A stretch of 32,000 nt of DNA, taken from NCBI RefSeq assembly GCF_003945235.1, contig NZ_RSDW01000001.1, forward strand, positions 4,020,001-4,052,000, written 5' to 3'. The DNA is from Edaphobacter aggregans (lineage in GTDB: Bacteria; Acidobacteriota; Terriglobia; Terriglobales; Acidobacteriaceae). Each line of letters opens with the position of its first letter. The first letter of the stretch is position 1. Below, in pieces: positions 23,520 through 29,031 of this stretch. The notes under the pieces are model-generated. The model was not told where the DNA came from and searched no databases. It saw only the letters and a list, made by a program, of their open reading frames with translations. The position numbers and the translations under genes are program-made.

Positions 23520-24110
23520 ATGAGCGAACTTGGGCGACAGGATGGGCGGGAGATCGGCGGAAAGAGCGAGCCGGTAGATATCCAGCAGGCAGGGAACGAA
23601 GCAGGGATCTTTGCGCCCAAGGCTGCGGCGGAAAGCCGGATGCCTGTAAGTGTATGGATTATCGCGGGGCTCGCAGTTTTGGCGGTGGTGGTTGGGTTAG
23701 TTTTTGCTGGGCGGAAGAAGACGGAAGCCGCGCCGAATACTGTTCTGCCGCTGGCGGCTTATGCGGGGAATCTTCCTTTGTCGCAACTTGCGATGAGCGA
23801 GTCGACGAGTCTGTCGGGGGGAAAGTCGACCTTTGTGGATGGGTACATCAAGAATACCGGCAGCGAGACGGTTACAGGGGTGACAGTACAGGTGATCTTC
23901 CGCAACGATGAGGCCATGCCGCCTCAGTTGGAGACGGTGCCGCTGGCGCTGATCAGGACACGGGAGCCCTATGTGGATACGCAGATGGTGAGTGCGGCTC
24001 CGCTGAAGCCGGGTGATGAGCGGGAGTTTCGGCTGATCTTTGAGTCGATTCCGACGAATTGGAACTATCAGATGCCCGAGGTCCATGTTGTGCGGGTGGA
24101 TACGAAATAG
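23520..24110 (+). CDS. Single-pass membrane protein with a C-terminal beta-sandwich-like domain, function unknown
   Basis: TM segment VSVWIIAGLAVLAVVVGLVFAG, then a beta-rich region: STFVDGYIKNTGSETVTGVTVQVIF...PGDEREFRLIFESIP. TATAAA at 23504..23509 ends 10 nt before the ATG, so the mRNA may be leaderless. ATG 23640 is an alternative start. Confidence 0.55.
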   Translation: MSELGRQDGREIGGKSEPVDIQQAGNEAGIFAPKAAAESRMPVSVWIIAGLAVLAVVVGLVFAGRKKTEAAPNTVLPLAAYAGNLPLSQLAMSESTSLSGGKSTFVDGYIKNTGSETVTGVTVQVIFRNDEAMPPQLETVPLALIRTREPYVDTQMVSAAPLKPGDEREFRLIFESIPTNWNYQMPEVHVVRVDTK

Positions 24111-24249
24111 GGCCAGGGACCCGGGACGGCAATAGTTACCGGCGACCCGGAATATTTTGCGTGAGCCGGTTCTAACGACGCTGGGGCCGGTGGGTGGGTG
24201 AGAGTGGGTAAGCCTAGCATTTTCAATCAAATTGGATTGTTTTGCGGTT

Positions 24250-24265
24250 TGGCATGGTAGTTGCT
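24250..24265 (+). promoter_or_regulatory. Candidate sigma54 (-24/-12) promoter for the OmpA-like gene
   Basis: tTGGCATGgtagTTGCTc versus consensus YTGGCACGrNNNTTGCW: one mismatch (T for C), correct spacing, 63 nt upstream of ATG 24328. Confidence 0.4.
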
Positions 24266-24327
24266 CTTAGGAAATGCGTGTTGACGTCTGAACCATAGGC
24301 GCACAGGTAACTAAGGAGCGAAGACTC

Positions 24328-25236
24328 ATGAATAAGACAAATACATTTGGTCTCTCAGTACTGGTGCTCGGTAGCGCTATGGGGGTCTCGGCGTTAGCTC
24401 AGACGAGCACTCCTCCTGCCCCAGCCACGGACTCGGCAGCAACGACCTCATCCAAGGCGAATGTGGATGATAAGGGTACTTATGCCACTGGGCAGCCGCT
24501 CGAAACGCAGTCGAAAGAGGGTTTCTGGGGCAAGATGAATCCCCTGGCCCGGAAGAGATGGGTACACAGACAGGTTGATCCGATCAAGGATCGGACGAAC
24601 GAACTCGATCAGTTGCAGGCAAAGAATGCGAATGACATTCGCGACGTGGATTCGCGGGCAACAGCCGGAATCAACAAGGCTATGACTGCCGCGAACACGG
24701 CTGATCAGCATGCGATGGACGCGAACAATAAGGCCACCGCTGCACAGACGCTTGCTGGGAACGCAAGCAGCAGGACAGATGCTCTGCATGGAACGGTAAG
24801 CAATCTGGATCAGTTCCAGACGATATCTGCGACGTCGGTTCCTTTTGTTGCAGGACGCACTACGCTCGGGCCGAAGGCGAAAGCTCAGCTGGATGATGTA
24901 GCGACCCAGTTGGCCAATCAGAAGGGTTACATCGTTGAAGTACAGGGCTGGAGCCGCGCTGGAGTGCAGACTTCGCAGGCGATGGCGGACGCAGTTGTAC
25001 GGTACCTCGTCGTTGAGCATCAGGTACCGGTTTGGCGGATTTATCGTACGGGGCTTGGAAGAAACACCACAACGCCGGCTGAAGGCGAAGTGGCTGTAAC
25101 GAATGGAGTTCGCGTCACGCTGCTGCATAACAGTCTGGCGACGATGGATTCTACTTCGGCGTCGAATGCTATGCCGGCCCCCCCAAAGACCTCCCCTAAC
25201 ACGGGAGTGAGTGCACCACCAGAGGCGAATCAGTAG
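24328..25236 (+). CDS. Secreted coiled-coil protein with a C-terminal OmpA-like domain
   Basis: AAGGAG RBS and signal peptide MNKTNTFGLSVLVLGSAMGVSALAQ. An Asn/Ala/Thr-rich helical region is followed by VPFVAGRTTLGPKAKAQLDDVATQLANQKGYIVEVQGWS...AMADAVVRYLVVEHQVPVWRIYRTGLG, an OmpA_C-like pattern. Confidence 0.7.
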   Translation: MNKTNTFGLSVLVLGSAMGVSALAQTSTPPAPATDSAATTSSKANVDDKGTYATGQPLETQSKEGFWGKMNPLARKRWVHRQVDPIKDRTNELDQLQAKNANDIRDVDSRATAGINKAMTAANTADQHAMDANNKATAAQTLAGNASSRTDALHGTVSNLDQFQTISATSVPFVAGRTTLGPKAKAQLDDVATQLANQKGYIVEVQGWSRAGVQTSQAMADAVVRYLVVEHQVPVWRIYRTGLGRNTTTPAEGEVAVTNGVRVTLLHNSLATMDSTSASNAMPAPPKTSPNTGVSAPPEANQ

Positions 25237-25354
25237 GCCCTCCCCCTAAGGGCGGCCTGGAGTTCGATCTCTAAGCCGCCCGCAAGTTTGTCGAGAAGCG
25301 ACCAAGAGCGCTCTCGCAAAAACCTCTCCTAACCAGAGAGAACCAAGGCAGATT

Positions 25355-25382
25355 GGCCCCTCATTGAGGGGCCGTTTTTTTT
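25355..25382 (+). terminator. Rho-independent terminator
   Basis: GGCCCCTC-att-GAGGGGCC (8-bp stem) followed by a T9 run. Confidence 0.7.
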
Positions 25383-25437
25383 AATTCGGCTGAGGGTCGG
25401 AATGTTAGTTTTTTTGGGTAAAAACGGATGGTAGCGG

Positions 25438-25483
25438 GTGGTTTGTTGGTGGTGAAATGTGTGGATAGCGTGGTTTGTTGACG
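25438..25483 (+). repeat. Copy 2 of the 46-nt conserved intergenic motif
   Basis: gtggtttgttggtggtgaaatgtgtggatagcgtggtttgttgacg. The sequence tggtttgttg occurs at both 25439..25448 and 25471..25480, again 32 nt apart. Confidence 0.6.
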
Positions 25484-25550
25484 GCATTAAATCCGGAGAA
25501 ATCGGTTGCAATCGGGGAGGTTATGGGTTGAAGTGATACGGGAGCTGAAA

Positions 25551-25877
25551 ATGGGTGATGGGGTTGGGCGGGGCTTTTGGATTGTCCGGATTGTCGCTTT
25601 GGTGGTGGGGCTTGCGGTAGCCGGTAGCGGCTTGGCGCTGGCTGCAACGCCTGTGGATGCCGCAACAGTGAAGCAGAAGGTAGAGGCGCGGGGGGTTGGT
25701 AAGGACTTTAAGGTTGGTTTGGGGGACGGCTCGACGGTTAGTGGGGAGATTGTTTGGATTGGGGAAGAGAAGTTTCAGCTGAAGGCTAAGAAGGAGCCGC
25801 AGCCTGTGGATGTGTCGTATGCGCAGGTGACTCGGGTGGGTGGGGCGGCGTGGTGGATGTTCTGGCGGCGGCGGTGA
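25551..25877 (+). CDS. Small secreted or anchored hypothetical protein
   Basis: GGGAG lies 7 nt before ATG 25551. N-terminal hydrophobic segment FWIVRIVALVVGLAVAGSGLALAA, then a short beta-rich domain (STVSGEIVWIGEEKFQLKAK). Confidence 0.45.
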   Translation: MGDGVGRGFWIVRIVALVVGLAVAGSGLALAATPVDAATVKQKVEARGVGKDFKVGLGDGSTVSGEIVWIGEEKFQLKAKKEPQPVDVSYAQVTRVGGAAWWMFWRRR

Positions 25878-25902
25878 TTTTGGCGATGGCTTTGCGTTGA
25901 AG

Positions 25903-26108
25903 GCGCTCGGGTCGCTTCGCTCCCCTCGAAATGCGGGGGTTCTTCGCTTCGCTCAGAATGACAAGCAAACTGCAAAAGCAACAACAACTGCAAAAGCAAC
26001 AACAGAAGCAGATCCCTACGGGATGATAAGCAAGAAAGGCAGCTGCAACTGCAACTGCAGAAGCAGATCCCTACGGGATGACAAACAGGAAAGGCAACGG
26101 CAACTGCG
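25903..26108 (+). repeat. Dense composite repeat cluster between convergent genes: two family-A units, a (CAAC/GCAA)-rich tract, and two family-B units with a 55-nt period
   Basis: The cluster reads, in order: gggtcgcttcgctcccctcgaaatgc; gggggttcttcgcttcgctcagaatgaca; aactgcaaaagcaacaaca twice; and gaagcagatccctacgggatga[t/c]aa[g/a]ca[a/g]gaaaggca at 26005..26041 and 26060..26096. Confidence 0.7.
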
Positions 26109-26116
26109 AGACGTGG

Positions 26117-26932
26117 CTAAAAGGCTACGGCTGCGTGGATCGCTAGAAGTTGTTCCAGGGTGGCTTTGAGGTGGTTTAGGTGGAGGGCGTTGGCTCCGTC
26201 GGATTTGGCGTGCGGTGGGTCGTCGTGGACTTCCAGGAAGATGCCGTCGATGCCTGCGGCTACGGCGGCGCGGGCCAGGACGGGGATGAACTCGGGTTGG
26301 CCGCCGGAGACTCCGTTGCCTGCTGAGGGGGTTTGGACGGAGTGGGTGCCGTCGAAGACTACGGGGGCAAAGGCTCGCATGATGGGAAGCGAACGCATGT
26401 CGACGACGAGGTTGTTGTAGCCGAAGCTGGCGCCGCGCTCGGTGAGGGAGACGCGGGGGTTGCCGGAGTCGCGGATCTTTTCGACGGCGTGGCGCATGTC
26501 GAGAGGGGCGACGAACTGGCCCTTCTTGACGTTGATGGCTCGGCCGGTTTCGGCGGCGGCGATGAGGAGGTCTGTCTGGCGGCAGAGGAAGGCTGGGATC
26601 TGGAGGACGTCGACGGCTTCGGCTACGGGGGCGCAGTCCTGGGGGGTGTGGACGTCGGTGAGGACGGGGAGACCGGTGGTTTCGGCTACGGTACGGAGGA
26701 TGCGGGTGCCTTCGATGAGGCCCGGCCCCCGGAAGCTGCGGATGGAGGTGCGGTTGGCTTTGTCGTAGCTGGCTTTGAAGATGTAGGGGACGCCGAGGTC
26801 GGAGGTGATGCGCTGGATGGCGTCGGCCATGGTGCGGGCGTGGGTCTCGGACTCGATGACGCAGGGGCCGGCGATGAGGAAGAGTTTGCCTCGGCCTACG
26901 GGGACGTTGCCGATATCGAAGGGGTTGGTCAC
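26117..26932 (-). CDS. kdsA: 3-deoxy-8-phosphooctulonate (KDO8P) synthase
   Basis: GTG 26932 gives MTNPFDIGNVPVGRGKLFLIAGPCVIES..., 271 aa. YIFKASYDKANR, LQIPAFLCRQTDL, NVKKGQF, LTERG and VFDGTHSVQ are KdsA motifs. The track N-terminal extension to 27205 overlaps the divergent gene and is rejected. Confidence 0.88.
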   Translation of the reverse strand: MTNPFDIGNVPVGRGKLFLIAGPCVIESETHARTMADAIQRITSDLGVPYIFKASYDKANRTSIRSFRGPGLIEGTRILRTVAETTGLPVLTDVHTPQDCAPVAEAVDVLQIPAFLCRQTDLLIAAAETGRAINVKKGQFVAPLDMRHAVEKIRDSGNPRVSLTERGASFGYNNLVVDMRSLPIMRAFAPVVFDGTHSVQTPSAGNGVSGGQPEFIPVLARAAVAAGIDGIFLEVHDDPPHAKSDGANALHLNHLKATLEQLLAIHAAVAF

Positions 26933-27032
26933 ATGTGTTATTTGACCATAGTTGGGGGTGGGAATGGACAGACGGGGGAGATCGTCGTATAGGCAAGAAC
27001 ATTGATGCGAATACGACTTCTGGAGGTTTGGG

Positions 27033-27443
27033 ATGATCCTGCTCAGTCTTTCCGCTCTTGTGCTTGGTGCAGGGCTGCAGATGCAGGCGCAGACTGCCCC
27101 CGCTCCTTCGTCGGCGCCTATGACCGAGGTGATGGTGATGACCAGCCGGAAGCCGGGAGTCACTCTTGCGGATGTGGCGAAGGTGGTGCCGGAGGAGGTG
27201 CGCACTGCGGTGCAGCTCTATCTGGATGGAAAGATCGACCGGTGGTATACGCGGACAGATGGCAAGGGGGCTGTCCTTATCCTGCACTGCAAGACCGTGG
27301 ATGAAGCCAAGGAGGTTATCGGGGGGCTGCCGGCGGTGAAGGCCGGGTATCTGGATGTGGAGTACATTCCGCTGGGGCCGTTTACGGGATTGCGGGTTTT
27401 GATGAGACCACAGCCTGCGGCGGAGGGGGCCGCACCGCATTAG
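27033..27443 (+). CDS. Small secreted protein, possibly a ferredoxin-like (muconolactone-isomerase/Dabb-like) fold
   Basis: GGAGG RBS, then ATG 27033. Signal peptide MILLSLSALVLGAGLQMQAQ. TEVMVMTSRKPGVTLADV...GAVLILHCKTVDEAKEVIGGLPAVKAGYLDVEYIPLGPF. Confidence 0.55.
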   Translation: MILLSLSALVLGAGLQMQAQTAPAPSSAPMTEVMVMTSRKPGVTLADVAKVVPEEVRTAVQLYLDGKIDRWYTRTDGKGAVLILHCKTVDEAKEVIGGLPAVKAGYLDVEYIPLGPFTGLRVLMRPQPAAEGAAPH

Positions 27444-27451
27444 GATCCTGG

Positions 27452-28423
27452 TTAGAGGGTGAGTTCCCAGTTTTGGCCGATGAGGTCTTTGCCGAAGCTT
27501 TGGTGCGGCTCTTCGGCGATGAGGCGGTAGCCTTCGCGTTGGTAGAGGCGGCGAGCGGTGTCGAGGATGCTGTTGGTCCAGAGGGTGATTTTGCGGTAGC
27601 CGGTGTGACGGGCGAAGCGTGTGCACTCGCGGATGAGTGTGCCGCCGAGGCCGAGACCACGTGCGGTGGGCTCGACGAGGAGGAGACGGAGGCGGGCAGT
27701 GTCGGGATCTTTGGTGTCTTGAACGAGGAAGACGCAGCCGAGGCGCTCGTCGTTGCGGTCGGCGATCCAGCAACGCTCACGCAGGGGGTCGAGGTGGTCG
27801 ATGAAGTCGGCGGTGATGCGGGCGACGAGGGCTTCAAAGCGCTCGTCCCAGCCGTACTCTTCGGCGTAGAGAAAGCCGTGACGCTGGACGACCCAGCCCA
27901 TGTCTCCGGGGCGGTGAGGGCGAAGGATATACGGTGGCGATGGCCTTGGTGAAGGGTCACTGAGCATGGATTCGATGGTGGACATGGCCTGGACGAGACG
28001 GGTGCGCTGGTCGGGGGAGAAGGGCTGGATCATCTCGTTGACCTGCTCGTTGGAGCGGAGGTCCAGCGTGGCGAACTGCTTTTGGCCCGTTTTTGTGAGG
28101 GTGAGGTGGGAGCGTCTTCCGTCGTCGGGGGATGTTCTGCGCTTGATGAGCAAGCGGGCTTCGAAGGCGCGGAGGATGCGGCTGAGGTAGCCCAGGTCGA
28201 GGTCGAGGGCGATGGCGATTTCGGAGGCGGTGGGCTGGTCGCGGGTGGCGATCTCGTAGAGGACGCGGGCTTCGGGGAGGGTGAGAGGGCTGTCGAGGAG
28301 GCCGGCCTGCAGGGTGCCGATGGCGCGGGTGTAGAAGCGGTTGAAGCGGCGGACGGCGTCGATCTGATGCTGGATGGTGGGCTGGATGGTTTGAGGCTGG
28401 ATGTGGGAGGTAGTGGCGGCCAT
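27452..28423 (-). CDS. MarR-family HTH regulator fused to a GNAT acetyltransferase
   Basis: GGAGGA lies 7 nt before ATG 28423; the track start at 28480 is in the operator region. The MarR part is LTLPEARVLYEIATRDQPTASEIAIALDLDLGYLSRILRAFEARLLIKRR. The GNAT part is RLLLVEPTARGLGLGGTLIRECTRFARHTGYRKITLWTN...ARRLYQREGY. Confidence 0.85.
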   Translation of the reverse strand: MAATTSHIQPQTIQPTIQHQIDAVRRFNRFYTRAIGTLQAGLLDSPLTLPEARVLYEIATRDQPTASEIAIALDLDLGYLSRILRAFEARLLIKRRTSPDDGRRSHLTLTKTGQKQFATLDLRSNEQVNEMIQPFSPDQRTRLVQAMSTIESMLSDPSPRPSPPYILRPHRPGDMGWVVQRHGFLYAEEYGWDERFEALVARITADFIDHLDPLRERCWIADRNDERLGCVFLVQDTKDPDTARLRLLLVEPTARGLGLGGTLIRECTRFARHTGYRKITLWTNSILDTARRLYQREGYRLIAEEPHQSFGKDLIGQNWELTL

Positions 28424-28445
28424 CACGGGTTCCTCCGATGGATGG

Positions 28446-28480
28446 TTGACAGTGTCAATTAATTTACTTGAGTTTGTCAA
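28446..28480. promoter_or_regulatory. Two tandem palindromic sites upstream of the MarR-GNAT gene; candidate MarR operators
   Basis: TTGACAgTGTCAA (28446..28458) is a perfect 6-1-6 palindrome. TTGAGTTTGTCAA (28468..28480) matches it at 10 of 13 positions. The centres are 22 bp apart. The TTGACA halves could also serve as -35 boxes on the minus strand. Confidence 0.45.
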
Positions 28481-28497
28481 CTATCTCATCGGGCGGA

Positions 28498-28956
28498 CTA
28501 GGTCTTGAGGGAGCGGCCGAGGCTGGAGAGGATCAGGGTTATGAAGGAGAGGCCTCGGCGGCTGTCTTCGCTGGTGGCTCGTTTGGCGAGTTCGAAGAGG
28601 CTGGGTGGTGTTTGCTCGCGCTTGTGCTCTTCGGTGGCGCTGGACATCACTTTTGATATGTGGTCGAGGACCTCGGGGTCGAGTTCGGTGAGGATTTTGG
28701 CGGCGGTGAGGAGGTTGCGGATGCCTGCGACGCCTTCGGGGAGGCGGGCGTACTTTGCGATCTCAGCGGCGATGGTGTCTTTGGCGCCGATCATGCCGTG
28801 GAGGAGATCAAGGACGCCTTCGCGGTGGGCGATTGCGATGACTTCGAGGGCTTGGAGGAGCGCGGCTGCGTGCTCTGCGGGGGCTTTTTCGAGGCGGCGC
28901 TCGAGGTCGGCTTTGAAGTCTACGGGGACGGGTTTGAAGGCGATTGGCTTGGCCAT
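28498..28956 (-). CDS. DUF1641-domain protein (YjgD/YrhD-like partner of formate dehydrogenase)
   Basis: 152-aa helical protein immediately downstream of the FDH alpha gene, with the arrangement and size of Bacillus yjgC-yjgD. Contains LLHGMIGAKDTIAAEI...LLTAAKIL... Confidence 0.7.
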   Translation of the reverse strand: MAKPIAFKPVPVDFKADLERRLEKAPAEHAAALLQALEVIAIAHREGVLDLLHGMIGAKDTIAAEIAKYARLPEGVAGIRNLLTAAKILTELDPEVLDHISKVMSSATEEHKREQTPPSLFELAKRATSEDSRRGLSFITLILSSLGRSLKT

Positions 28957-28986
28957 GGGTGCTCCTTGGAATATGTGGCAGCAAAG

Positions 28987-29027
28987 GCGAAATACAGGGA
29001 TTCCTCGCTGCGCTCAGAATGACGACG
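28987..29027 (+). repeat. Family-A repeat copy between the FDH and DUF1641 genes
   Basis: ggcgaaatacagggattcctcgctgcgctcagaatgacgacg is about 85% identical by eye to the 20478 copy and in the same plus-strand orientation. Confidence 0.65.
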
Positions 29028-29031
29028 GAAT

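Noticed and set aside
25250-25285. tRNA-like T-arm sequence, ggagttcgatctc.
   Set aside because: The flanking bases do not form a 5-bp T stem, and no acceptor, D or anticodon arms can be drawn. The segment instead forms the loop of a simple GGGCGGC/GCCGCCC hairpin.
25903-26108. Possible CRISPR array, suggested by the regularly spaced repeats between 25878 and 26116.
   Set aside because: There are only two 37-nt units with a 55-nt period, and the 'spacer' is itself GCAAC-type microsatellite. Related units occur singly elsewhere (19075). There are no cas genes or leader. It is better explained as a dispersed short-repeat cluster.
26016-27773. Very long ORFs rich in Arg/Pro/His/Gly. Examples: 26016..27773 (585 aa), 3265..4191, 3374..4198, 3825..4616, 13116..13979, 14507..15538, 15448..16236, 16376..17101, 18166..18843, 21604..22263, 29507..30340 and 30241..31470.
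   Set aside because: All lie antisense to, or out of frame with, genes that have clear family motifs. Their composition is low-complexity and typical of shadow ORFs in high-GC DNA. None has an RBS or domain signature.
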